From the NCBI RefSeq assembly GCF_006345805.1, contig NW_021832575.1, positions 1 through 61,064 on the forward strand: a stretch of DNA of 61,064 nt, written 5' to 3'. Numbering within the stretch: position 1 is the first letter of the stretch; the number at the start of each line of letters is the position of its first letter. Of the stretch, positions 40,170 through 52,825 are shown piece after piece. A program made the position numbers and the translations under genes. The notes under the pieces were generated by a model. The model ran no database searches. It saw only the letters and a list, made by a program, of their open reading frames with translations, and was not told the origin of the DNA. Source of the DNA: Octopus sinensis. Its lineage: Eukaryota.

Positions 40170-40765
40170 TATATATATATTGTTATTCCAGTGTCTTCGA
40201 TTGCTATCATATCGAGGTGTGTGTGTGTATATACATGTATATGCATATCTGTCTTTTATATGTGTTTAGACCGTACAGCCTTGGCACCGTCTATGTACCG
40301 TTCTCCAAAGTCTTATGGGTAATGTTCTGATTAACTAGTTCTATACAACCCTAGCAGCTTGCTTGTCTTCAAACAATTTTCTTCACTTGTATGTATATGT
40401 GTGTGTATATGTGTATGTGTGTGTGTGTGTGTATGTGCGTGTGTGTGTTTATAAACTTTTAACCATGTGTTTCAACACATATCAAAGATATGTAATCCAC
40501 GTGATGTGCAGCGAAGGGTCATTGTACTGTTAGTTTTTTGGTCGTAAATTTAAACACGTTTGTATATATACTCGCTATAACAGTACTTCGGAGTTCATGG
40601 TTACAAGAGTTACCAAAATGTCTTATTACATAGTCATCTAGTCGCAGACACAATATACACACGCAGAGAAGAGAAAGAGAAAGATGGCCAAAATAACACA
40701 CACAATCACATAAATACATGACTATATGCATGTATGTATGTATGTGTGTCTCTCTCTCTCTCTCT
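39511..40765. repeat. ~657-bp direct tandem duplication
   Basis: ccagtgtcttcgattgc at 39531 and 40188; near-identical except microsatellite lengths and the last ~100 bp. Confidence 0.95.
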
Positions 40766-41095
40766 ATAATATATGAGATCTCCCTTTTATAGAAGAAATG
40801 CTATACCCTTTGACTGCTATTTCTAAATTCGTATGTGGTAAGGCCATTCTTTGCTGAACCCTTATTGCTTAGTATTACTTACTTATTTTCCTCAAATGAG
40901 GCCTTTACATGCCGAGACACTGGTGTAATTGATACTTTTCCAAATTAATTAATTTCACCCTTCATTATTACGGATAACTATATATATATATATATATATA
41001 TGTGTATGTGTGTGTGACTTTTACGAGTTCACGCCCATACACACACACACACATATATATATATATTATGTGTGTGTGTGGTGTGTATATATATT

Positions 41096-41318
41096 TTATC
41101 TTCTATATTTTACTTGTTTCAGTCATTAGAGTGTGGCCATGCTGGGGCACCGCCTTGAAGTGTTTAGTCGAGCAAATCGACCCCCCCCCATACTTTTCTT
41201 TTAAGCCTGTCTTTTTTTTTTGCTAAACCGCTAAGTTACGAGGACGTAAACGAACTAATATCGGTTGTCAAGCGGTGCCGAGGAACACACACAAACACAC
41301 ACCACACACACTCTATAC

Positions 41319-41352
<34 letters not shown>

Positions 41353-41785
41353 ATATATATTTATCTCTATTTTACTTGTTTCAGTCATTAAAGTGCGGCC
41401 ATGCTGGGGCACCGCTTGAAGCGTTTATCGAGCAAATCGCCCCCCCCCCACCCCACAGTACTTTCTTAAGCCTAGTCTTTTTTTTTTGCTGAACCGCTAA
41501 GTTACGAGGATGTAAACGAACCAATATCGGTTGTCAAGCGGTGTCGACGGACAAACACAAAAACACGCACACACACTCCTATACATATATATATATCTTT
41601 AGTTTAACCTGTATATAATATATGCGCGACACGTTTCTTTTAGTTTACGTCTACTAAATCCACTCGCAAGGCTTTTGTCAGGGATACATAAATGAAGACA
41701 CTTGCCCAAGCTGCCAAGCAGTGAGATTGAACACGTAATCATGGGGTTGGGTAGCAAGCTTCTTACCACAACCCCCTGCCTGCAC
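41096..41785 (-). mobile_element. SINE family C with tandemly repeated 3' half (period ~262 bp)
   Basis: tacttgtttcagtcatta at 41111 and 41373; single 5' half at ~41625-41785. Confidence 0.85.
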
Positions 41786-42400
41786 CTACACGTATGTGTG
41801 TGTGTGTGTGTGTACATACATATATATACACACGTGTATATGCACATGTGTATAATAGATCCAGTACATTCATATATCGACGCAATTGTTTACGTTTTTC
41901 GTCAGTTTTCATTCAACAGTAAATATTCCCAACAGATGTCAAAAAGTCGATGAATCGGTTTATTTTGCGGTACAACTGATTGCTGTTTAGCCTCAGGTCG
42001 ACTATGATCCATCTCAACTATGATCAAAGACTTTTCCGTCCTGACTGACCATCCCCACTCTTTCTTTCAGACATACTGTATCTGGGACTAAATACACCAC
42101 CGCCTCCCAAATTTTTTTTTAAAGCAGTTGAGTGTGATTTTATGGATGTTTGGCTGCTATTTCTAAACGGGCCGAGAGACCATGTCAAGCACCCAACCAC
42201 CTTGGCTCTTGTTATATACAACTTATTTAGTCATAGAGACAGACAAATAGATTTAGTTTCTCATAATTTGTCATACTGCTTGGCAAATCATTATATTTTC
42301 CCTTTCACACAACATATAACGTTTTATTCACGCATGTGGTTATACTATCAACCATGTAGAGGCTTTGTTCTTAGTTTTTTTTTGTTGTTTTTTTTTTCTC

Positions 42401-42619
42401 ATTCTACTATTGCCACAAGGCCTGAAATTTTATGGGAAAAGGGCTAGTGGATTATTACATCGACCCCATTTCTCAACTGGTACTTATTTTATCGGCCCCA
42501 AAAGAGATGAAAGGCAAAGTCGACCTCGGTCGTATTTGAACTCAGAACGTTAAGAGCCGGAAGAAATGCCGCTAACCATTTTGTCCGGTATGGTTACGAT
42601 TCACCCAGCTCGCTGCCTA
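42401..42619 (-). mobile_element. SINE family B
   Basis: Colinear with other B copies. Confidence 0.9.
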
Positions 42620-42679
42620 GTCTTGCGCCTAATTTTAAAACAATTATAAATAATATGGCAATACAGAGGCACAGTTCGT

Positions 42680-43825
42680 TTTTATAGTCTCTCGAGTGAC
42701 TGTATAAGTCACCCATGTTGTTATATAGCCTTTCACACGCGTACACAGTCCTCGATGTGGTTATACAGTCACTCGAGTGGTTGAATGGTCACTCAAGTGG
42801 TTATTATATAGTCAACAAAAGCGTTATGTATTAACACAAATGGATATATTGTCACCTAAGCAATAGAGCCACCCGAATGGTTATATAGTTACTAGAGTGT
42901 TTATACTGTTAACTAAGCTGTCAATTGAGTGTCTATATATTGTTAATTGTGTGGTTAGATTGTCAATTAAATGGTTACAGTCTACTGTGATTACATTGTC
43001 AATTAACAGTGGTTATATTGTCAACGCAATGTTATTGTTAACAATGTGGCTATTCAATCAACTAAGTAGTTACATTGCCAACTAATTGTGTATACTGTTA
43101 GCTAAGTGCTTACATTGTTAAGTAAGAGGGGTTATACTGTCAACTAAGAGAGTATATGGTCGTTTAATTGGTTATATTGTCAAATAAGTGGTAAAATACG
43201 AACTGAGTGGTTATATTCTTTTCTACTCTAGGCACAAGGCCTGAAATTTTGGGGGAGGGGGGCAGGCGATTAGATCGACCCCAGTACGCAACTGGAACTT
43301 GATTTATCGATCCCGAAAGGATGAAAGGTAAAGTTGACCTCGGCGGAATTTGAACTCAGAACGTAAAGACAGACAAAACACCGCTAAGCATTTCGCCCGG
43401 CGTGCTAACGTTTCTGCCAGCTCGCAGCCTTAACTGAATGGTTGTATTGACAACTAACTGGTTACACTGTTAACTACTTTTATACTGTCAACTAAGCGTG
43501 GGAACATTATCAAAATGGTCATATTGTCAATGTCAACCAAGTGTATGCTTTGTCAACTAAATGTTTATACTGTCAAACAAGTAATTGTATCGTCAACGAA
43601 ATGGTTATTATGTCAACTGTTTATATTGTCATCTAAGTAAATATACTGTCAGCTAAGAGTTGTCATACTGTCAACTATCATTATATTATCAACCGAATGG
43701 CCACATTGTCAACTCCTTAGTTATATCATTAACTACGTAGTTACAGAATCACTGTAGTTACCATTCGAGAGGTTACATTGCCAACTAAATGGTTGTACCG
43801 TCAACTCGGTAGTTATATTGATAAC
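42680..43825. repeat. ~20-bp degenerate minisatellite (gtggttatattgtcaactaa)n
   Basis: Recurring ggttatattgtcaac / tatactgtcaac; interrupted by SINE B. Confidence 0.85.
43218..43431 (-). mobile_element. SINE family B, full length, inserted in the minisatellite
   Basis: Flanked by aactgagtggttatatt and aactgaatggttgtatt. Confidence 0.92.
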
Positions 43826-44346
43826 TCTTGAGAACATATTGCTCTAGATCGCTCACTGTGGCGAAGTGCCGTGTACTCTGGAGTACAGCACTCGGAATCG
43901 GAAATGATGAGAGGAACTAAAGAGAGGAGGGCTGCATGAATCCTGATTCTAATAGCGAGTGATCTACTGTAACCATGTGGAGGCGCGTGGCTTAGTGGTT
44001 AGGGTGTCAGCACCATGATCGTAAGATTGTAGTTTCGATTCCTGGACCGGGCGACGCGTTGTGTTCTTGAACAAAACATTTCATTTCACGTTGCTCCAGT
44101 CCGCACAGCTGGCAAAAATGAGTAACGCTGCAATGGACTGGCGTCCCGTCCAGCTGGGGAACACATACGCCATTGAAACCGGGAAACCAGGCCCATGAGC
44201 CTGGCTAGGCTTTAAAAGGGTGCATTTATTTTTTTATTTTACTTGACCATGGGTTTTATGCCAATACTAGCCCAACAAGCCACCTCAGGACCCACGAAGA
44301 GTAAAGCTGCTAATCTGCTCGTCTTCAGAAATATGAAGGACGAACG
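43817..44346 (+). mobile_element. RTE-clade LINE 3' end with C-terminal zinc-finger remnant, split by a SINE
   Basis: IDNS*EHIALDRSLWRSAVYSGV...KERRAA; after removing the SINE, IYCNHGFYANTSPTSHLRTHEE*; tail gaaggacgaac. Confidence 0.75.
43977..44245 (+). mobile_element. SINE family A1, full length
   Basis: gtggaggcgcgtggcttagtggttaggg head; B box gtttcgattcc; TSD accatg at 43972-43977 and 44246-44251. Confidence 0.9.
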
Positions 44347-46451
44347 TCATACTGTCAGCGAAGGGTGTTATACTGTCTTATGCTGTCGGCCAAATGGCTG
44401 CATGTGTTCATATAGTAAAATTACTTGTTACACGTGTAACACATGTACTTAAGTCACCAGTTAAGGACATATGCCAGCCATGTGATTAAACCACGTGTTA
44501 CATATGGTAGTCTTGTAGTTAACTTACCAGTTGCATGTAGTGATCTTGTTGATTAATCGACATGAATTAATCATGTGTCAATCAGATGATTAAATCACCA
44601 GTCACATGGCATGTGTTAATGAAGTTGCTTCCAATTGGCATATGGTTCAGTCGCCAGTCACACATGGTTAAACCTCCTGTGTCAGGTATTCATCAATCAC
44701 CTGCATCGATCATGTGACCTCTACGTGATTTATTTTACCCCGTGACATATGTCAATCACGCAGCCGACCGGTTACACGTGTCATTCGCATGGTTTTGCTT
44801 TCCCACTTTGTTATATATGCCCCAATCAAGAAGGGCACACCGATTTACCTGTGATGAACAACCACTTCCTGTTTTCAAATGACTCAGCACAAAAAACCAT
44901 CAAAAGAAAAAAAAAATAGACGAAGGTTAAAAACTAAGAAATATTTGGATGAGAAGCGAGGTGCAAAGATAAGGATGAAAGGCGGAGATTTTACTCATAA
45001 AACGTATTTGATGTAAAGCGGTGACGGGGAAATGGCCGCGTATTTATTGTGAAGTAGATTTTTGTTGATCTTTTCTCCGTTTACCGAAAAGACCCCCATT
45101 ACAACTAATAATGCCGTGGAAATGTTGTTGCTGTTGGCGTCGTTGTTGTTTCGTGAAAGGATTATGTGCAGACGTAAGAAGTCACATGTTGCTCAAGTGT
45201 TGTCGCGACTATGTTGCTGCTGCTGTTGTTGTTGTTGTTGTTGTTGTTGTAAGCAACAAGACGGGTAAGGGTGATTAGGTGATGGTCTAGGACTTAGGGG
45301 CGGGAGACCCCAGACCTTGGAAAAAAGAAATTTGGTCGTCTTGTTGTAGTCGAGGGCTCTTCGTTGACGCCCGACACCACTGGGAGGTGGCCCTCGAAGT
45401 CACTGGAAATGGAGATCTCCAGGTCCAAATTCTTGGACGGCTGCTGCTGCTGTTGAGGTTAACGTTGTTGTTGTTGTTGTTGTTGATGATGATGATAATG
45501 ATGGTGGTTTTGTGGTCATCGCCATTGTCATCGTTGCTCGTGTGAAAAAAACAAAAAACAAAATGTCGTTTCGATTCTTAAATTAATTTTTTGGTTGCGG
45601 TTCAGTTATTGCAATTTCCAGTGCGTACTGAAGAACAATAGCAACATGCATTGCACACACACACATATATATAATCGTATAATACATATGTACGTACATG
45701 CATGAGTACATACATGTGTACATGCATACCTACATAGATGCACACATACACATACATACTACAAGAGCACTCATGCACATACACACGCACTCACTAATAC
45801 AAGCATGCACGCACGCATACACACACACATATACATACACACACACACACACATACGTCCAAAAAGTTAATTATAAACAAATATTTTATTAATGATGTAT
45901 TAAATTAAACACATTTGTGTATTACTATATGCATGCAACATGTGTGTGTTTAGATGAAGATATGTATATGTATACATATATGTGTACACAAATATATACA
46001 TACACACAAATATTTGTGTTTCTGTATATATTTATTTACACATATTGAGTACTCACACACGCACACACAACACACACCAAGATATATTGTTATTTTGTCT
46101 TACGAGTTATTCAAAATAATCACTTTGTAATTACTCTGAATAAATCGAAAGAAGAATCGAACTTCACGCCTCCTCTCCGATATCTTTTTTCAGTTTAAAT
46201 GATTGTGTGTGTGTGTGTGTGTGTGTGTGTAAGTTGACCGAGGGGTTTCTCAGTCATTAAAACCATTAACAAACTAATTTTGCAAAAAAAAAGAAAGAAA
46301 AATGCAAAATTAAACTAAATGTTATACAGTAATTATATTTGCATGGAGCTTCAAGGTTTGGTGCTCGTCAGAAATTGCCAAAACTATCCCACTGGCGACC
46401 TATGCGTTCGTTTGCACACGCATGCGCGTGCACACACACATATACGCATTA

Positions 46452-46572
<121 letters not shown>

Positions 46573-47372
46573 CATGCGCACATATACGACAGAGAGAAAG
46601 AAAGAGAGAGAGAGTAAACAATTAAGAGATGGAAATATTAGAAAAGAATGATAGAATAGTGGGGTGGAGGGGTAATCTGTGGTTCGAATATCACTGAGAA
46701 GGGAGATCATATTTTAAATCCAGTTCCCAGAACTTCACCGTACCAACGAACCATTCAAGCCATCCTTGAATGGTTGGTTCGAATATTGTGAACGGAACGA
46801 CTTCGAATGCCAGTCAGATCTGTCAATGTCTCAACCTGGTCACCCAGTCTGCTTGAAATAACAAGTAAATCTCCCTCAACACTGCCTGCCGGTTTTAAAA
46901 CAGGAGGATGCATTATTAGGACGTACTTCTTCACTGTCCTGCAATGACGTGATGGTTACGGCTGGATTCTATCAATGGGCTGCTTGATTAAAGCTTGATC
47001 TGTGACTAAACGACCTCAGCAACGTCGGTGTAATACATTGATGTGATATTATACTAGAGTTATGATTTGAGGGAGATTTGCTTGCAATGTTTAGCAGATC
47101 AAACGATCCAATTGAGGCTCTGATATACTACAATAGAAATGGAAATGGTTTTATTAGCGTCGTTAGGACCTATCGATCACCCAATGGTGAATACATCAGG
47201 TTGGGACAGTGGAGGTTTTGGGGAACAGGGTTTGAAAAACCTGTTGCTCCTGTTGCCTTATATTCGGGCCAAGCGTGGGTGAGGGATTCATTTTTCCTCC
47301 CTTCAACCTATTCCATCTCTTTGTCTCTCTCCCTCGCTCTCTACTCTCTCTCTCTCACACACACATTTCATG

Positions 47373-47461
<89 letters not shown>

Positions 47462-47589
47462 AATGAACAAAAACGCAAACAAAAAAGAGGGCATTAAAAC
47501 GTTCGTACAGACAGACGATACAATGGCAGACAAGAGAAACAACAATTAGGACAAGTCCCAGAAGCCCCAACCATTTCTGGCAGTTACAC

Positions 47590-47677
<88 letters not shown>

Positions 47678-48300
47678 CATGCATGTATATATGACCAGGC
47701 TTGTAGCTGATAGTGAGTCATCTCAACAACGAGATTCGATCCATAGATTACATTGATCAAGATACAAAACGAATTTGTGATTAATACACTGGATAAAAAT
47801 ATATCTCCAATACATCGTTGTAGCGAATTGGAGTGTGATAGTGGCTAAAGTCGGTTAGCTGTTAGTGAGTATTCCCAGATGGGCCATGATCCAGCGGTCC
47901 TATAACATGTAGGGAATCGATGGAACAACGAGGCGATAAAACTTATTAATAAGTACGTTGCACCTCACCAAGTATCGCGATGTCGTTAATTGTTTTAGTT
48001 CCAATATAGCATATCAGATCAATTAGCTTGTCAAACAATTCTCGGGAAATGCATTCTCTGTATGACTTGTAGTGTCATTGGGGTTTTTGCTTGTTTAACG
48101 GTCACAGGTTTTGATGTATGGTTAAGAAGGCGCATGGCTTCGGACCTGACCCAAATCTTCAGTCGTGTTCGGAGGATGGGAAAATGAAATTAATTAATTG
48201 AATAAGGGCTTCCCGGTTTAACCCCACAACAACTTCTTCACCTTTAGATGCTTTTAGTTTGTATGTATTTCATACACACGCATGCGCACATATATATTTA

Positions 48301-48775
48301 CAGCGGGGTGCAAAAGTAGGTATACAGTAAGTACCACATTAATATTACAGTACTTAATTCATCAAAATTATAAACACATTAAATTTGGTTAGCTTCATTT
48401 TTGATATTTTCAGTGTCATTAATCATAATAATAAATACATTTATCATAACTATAATCCTTTCCATTACAGGCACAAAACCTGAGGTTTTGTGGAGGGGAG
48501 GGGACTAGTCGATTACGTCGACCCCAGAATTTCATTAGTACTTAATTTATCGATCCCGAAAGGATGAAAGGCAAAGTCATTTGAACTCAGAACGTACAGA
48601 CGGGCGAAATACCTCTAAGCATTTCGTCCAACGTGTTAACGACTCTGCCAGCTCGCCGCCTTATTTATCATAAATTGTAATAATACTTTTATCATAACTT
48701 TTAATTTTTTGATAAAAATGAGTATTGCACGTGTTTTTTGTTTTCATAACTGTATACCTGCTTTTGCATACCCAG
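48301..48775. mobile_element. Tc1/mariner-type MITE containing a nested SINE B
   Basis: TA-flanked ~27-bp imperfect TIRs cagcggggtgcaaaagtaggtatacagt / actgtatacctgcttttgcatacccag. Confidence 0.75.
48456..48662 (-). mobile_element. SINE family B
   Basis: Direct repeat atttatcataa at 48439-48449 and 48663-48673. Confidence 0.9.
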
Positions 48776-48796
48776 TATATAATACATATACTATAT

Positions 48797-48847
<51 letters not shown>

Positions 48848-48916
48848 ATATATATATATAAATATTATATACAGGGTGCTTCCCTTCCTTCCTGAGCGTC
48901 CAATAATACTATACTC

Positions 48917-49125
48917 TCTCTTTTACTCTTTTACTTGTTTCAGTCATTTGACTGCGGGCCATGCTGGAGCACCGCCTTAGTCGAGCAAATTGACCCCGGG
49001 ACTTATTCTTTGTAAGCCTAGTACTTATTCTATCGGTCTCTTTTGTCGAACCGCTAAGTGACGGGGGACGTAAACACACCAGCATCGGTGGTCAAGCAAT
49101 GCTAGGGGACAACACAGACACACAA

Positions 49126-49193
<68 letters not shown>

Positions 49194-49349
49194 CGACAGG
49201 CTTCTTTCAGTTTCCGTCTACCAAATCAAACTCACAAGGCATTGGTCGGACGGGGGCTATAACAGAAGACACTTGCCCAAGGTGCCACGCAGTGGGACTG
49301 AACCCGGAACCATGTGGTTGGTTAGCAAGCTACTTACCACACAGCCACT

Positions 49350-49352
<3 letters not shown>
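48917..49352 (-). mobile_element. SINE family C, full length with internal (TA)n(TG)n linker
   Basis: Best-preserved C copy; (gagtaaaa)-type tail repeats. Confidence 0.92.
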
Positions 49353-49391
<39 letters not shown>

Positions 49392-49918
49392 AACATACAT
49401 ACAACATACACACTCACACACGCATATATTGCGTGTGATTGACAGACAGAAGAGAACACCACCCACACCGTCCATTTCTCCCAGTCTAAAGGAATCCACT
49501 GCGACTTTTCAACATTCCTGGCGGGACTTTCTCCATTCAACACCTTGAAGATAGTAGGAGGGAGGGGAAGAGGGAGGAGGTAGAGTTGTGTGTGCCAGAT
49601 GAGGTAGGAGGAGATGGATGTGAAGTAGTGGTGGGGAGGAGGTTAAGAGAAACGAGAGAGAGAGAGAAAGAGCATTATGGGAAGGAGTGTGTATGTGCAT
49701 GTGTATGTATAAAATACGTGTGTGTACGTATATATATATATATATGTACGCGTGCGCCTGTGTTAATGTTAGTACAGCAACAGTCGGGGAATCCCCTCTA
49801 CACACCACCAAGCCTTTAGTTACCATCAGCAACAACTCACCGCCATTACCCCTAACTCTGTACTTCTGCTTGTTCTCTCTTGTCGTCTGTTTCCACTCAT
49901 TTCTTCTGTCTTCTAATT

Positions 49919-50322
49919 CTGTTTTCAATTTTTTTCCTTCTATCTTTTATTTTTTCCACTTCTTTTCACTCATTGGACAACGACCATGCTATGGCACTGG
50001 CTTCAAGAGTTCTTCAGTGGTTCCCAACCATTTTTCTACCTATGGACCCCTTTCATCCCTATTTTACTTGGGTGTACCCTCATAACCATTTCGATGTTTA
50101 GACAATCCTATTACATTTTTGCTGTTTTCAATCTTTTTCCTTCTATCTTTTATTTTTCCACTTCTTTTCACTCATTGGACAACAGCCACGCTACGGCAAT
50201 GGCTTGAAGAGTTCTTCACCAGTGGTTCCCAACCATTTTTCTACCTATGAACCCCTTTCATCCCTATTTTACTTGGGTGTACCCTCATAACCATTTCGGT
50301 GTTTAGACAATCCTATTACATT
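49919..50322. repeat. ~202-bp direct tandem duplication spanning a SINE-tail/MITE junction
   Basis: cattggacaa repeats with ggac at 49975 and 50177; both copies end gacaatcctattacatt. Confidence 0.9.
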
Positions 50323-50868
50323 ATCGTAATTAATTATCAGGAATTGTATATAAACATCGTTTAAAATATTCGGTGCATTGGACCCCGGTTGAGAATCATT
50401 GGTTAAGTCGAACAATTCGACTTCCATTAGTAATTCTGTTGGTGTCACTTTCGACGAACCGCTAATTTATGGGGACGTGAACAAACCAGCATTGGTTCTT
50501 AAGCGGGTGGGTGAACAACGCGGACATAATGGGGCACACACATACATTAATACACACACACACACACACACATACATACATATATGCATGCATATACATA
50601 TATTATTTGTTTCGTCGGAAACATAGGAGAAGGAAAGATCCCGAGAAGGGAAGACAGAGGAAAAAAAATTGCTGGCGGTGCTCACGAGGTCACATGTATA
50701 TATATACGACGGGCTTCTTTCAGTTTCTGTCTATCAAATCCACTCACAAGGCTTCGATCTGTCCGAAGCTATAGTAGAAGACTCTTGCCCAAGGTGTCAC
50801 ACAGTGGGATTGAACTTGGAACACCATGTGATTGGGGATCAAGCTTCTTACCCCACAGCCACGCCTGC
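50140..50868 (-). mobile_element. SINE family C, diverged and interrupted
   Basis: gaaccgctaatttatggggacgtgaac; cgacgggcttctttcagtttc...cacagccacgcctgc. Confidence 0.8.
50220..50401. mobile_element. hAT-like MITE nested in the SINE C tail
   Basis: Imperfect TIRs cagtggttcccaacc / ggttgagaatcattg; no clear 8-bp TSD. Confidence 0.6.
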
Positions 50869-50875
50869 ATATATA

Positions 50876-50926
<51 letters not shown>

Positions 50927-50986
50927 ATATCGTTTGTAAAAAAACCTAAATCTGTAAAAAGAGGCACACTCTAAGATGTAGAGCAG

Positions 50987-51093
50987 TATATATTAAAAAT
51001 AGGGAAGGCAGGTTTATGGGATTACCTTGACCCTTTATGGAGGGGAGACCTAAGGTAATCCCATAAACCGACCTTCCCCATTTTTGATATATA
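50987..51093. repeat. ~42-bp inverted repeat with 23-nt loop
   Basis: 50987-51028 versus 51052-51093; inner ggtttatgggattacctt / aaggtaatcccataaacc pair perfectly, with about 4 outer mismatches. Confidence 0.9.
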
Positions 51094-51105
51094 TATATAT
51101 ATCTC

Positions 51106-51272
51106 GAGCCTCCACAGTTTCTGTCTTATCAAATTCACTCACAATTCAAGAACAAACCATTGTCCGGTACTGGTCTATCGATGAAGACACTTGCCCAAAG
51201 TTCTGACATTGTTCAGTAGAACTGAACCCGAAACCACATGGTTACAAAGCGAGCTCCTTAACCACACAGCCA
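51106..51272 (-). mobile_element. SINE family C, 5' half, diverged
   Basis: gaagacacttgcccaa...actgaacccgaaaccacatggtt...accacacagcca. Confidence 0.75.
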
Positions 51273-51613
51273 TATCTTACATCTAATCTTTTACTTCGTT
51301 CTTCCATTCTACTTTGTGTTTGTCTTTCTATCTTTTATTCATTCTTCCTTTAATCTTACTCATTTCTTCTGTCTTCCGCCTTCTTATATCTCCTCCTACG
51401 CTTAGTCTTACTCCTTCTGTTCCCTCCTACTTGTATTTTAGTTAGTCTTTCCCCTTTCCCCCTTTTCTTGTTCCCTTTTTTTTTGTCTTTCGCTTTCTCC
51501 TCTCTCCTCTGTCTTCGGCTTCTGTTTCCAAACTTCTTTCTTCCCCACCATCAACTTCGCTGCACCCAAATTCCTTTTTGACCCGTTGAACTTGTTCATT
51601 CCGTCATGGGTGT

Positions 51614-51651
<38 letters not shown>

Positions 51652-51694
51652 TGTGTGTGTGTGTGTGTGTGTGCCATACATACACACACACACA

Positions 51695-51970
51695 AACTTT
51701 CAGCTTCATACCCATTATTATTGGAGCAACAGGATACAAGCCAGCCAGTCTGGAGCACCGTTTGGCTGAATTTGGGTTCATGGGGAGAGGACGCAAACCC
51801 TTAATTCATACGCTACAAATGATCGTGATATCAGGGACTATAAAAATCCGCTAAACCTTCAAGATTTAAAGGATCATGAACAAAACAACACTTTTTACTT
51901 CACGACCTTGCTACCGAGCAGGTGGTCGGTCAGAATTCACTCTGAATGAAAATGTGAAAGGGAAAAGCAT
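51695..51970 (+). mobile_element. 3' end of an RLE-type (R4/NeSL-like) non-LTR retrotransposon
   Basis: FSFIPIIIGATGYKPASLEHRLAEFGF...LIHTLQMIVISGTIKIR*TF resembles the PIIIGALG...LQ...GT.KI C-terminus of restriction-like-endonuclease LINEs. Confidence 0.65.
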
Positions 51971-52410
51971 ACATACATACATACATACATACATACATAC
52001 ATACATACATACATACATACATACATACATACATACATACACACATGCATACAAACATATACATACATGTATACATGCATGTATACATACATGCATACAT
52101 ACATGCAAGCATACATACATACATGTATGCAAGGATACATGCATACATACATGTATACATGCATACATACATGTATACTTGCATACATACATGTATACAT
52201 GCATACATACATACAAACATACATACATACATGCATACATACTTACATACATGCCTACATACATACATGCATACAGATATACATACATGCATGCATACAT
52301 ACATACATACATACATGCATACATGTATACATACATACATACATACGTACATACATGCTTGAATACAGACATACATAAACACATACATAGATACGTACGT
52401 ACGTATGTAT
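51968..52410. repeat. (CATA)n/(CATG) tetranucleotide tract
   Basis: Direct reading. Confidence 0.95.
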
Positions 52411-52559
52411 GGAAAGTCACGTGCGGTTCCTAGAATCTTCTGGAAGAATCACCAGGACTCAGTGTAACAAAGCCGGATCCCTGAATTACAAGTTCAATCT
52501 ATTCGACAGGTGGTCAATCACTTTCTCTCAACCCACGTTCACTCTTATAGTTTACAGAA

Positions 52560-52825
52560 GCTAGAGGGAAGTGGAGGGGACGTTCCACCCCGGGCGGGGT
52601 CTGCTGTAGGCAGTATGCATTTTTGGGAGACAGGGGTGGGAGGCAAACTGAAGAGCCATTTCGGGTGGCACACACTCTAGCTACGCTAATGCCATTCAGA
52701 AAGTCCCGTGGGCCACAGATGCCCGTGACTGGCTTAGATCGAGCTGAGGCTATGTGAAATAACATGTGCCCTAGACACCGCGCAGGGAGATCGAAACTGG
52801 AACCTCGTGATTGCTGAGCGTAGTT
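52560..52825 (-). mobile_element. Old tRNA-derived SINE-like element with a further distinct tail
   Basis: Reverse complement aatcacgaggttccagtttcgatctccc...gtgtctagggcacatgttatttcacatagcctcag resembles the A-type head and centre; 3' boundary uncertain. Confidence 0.45.
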
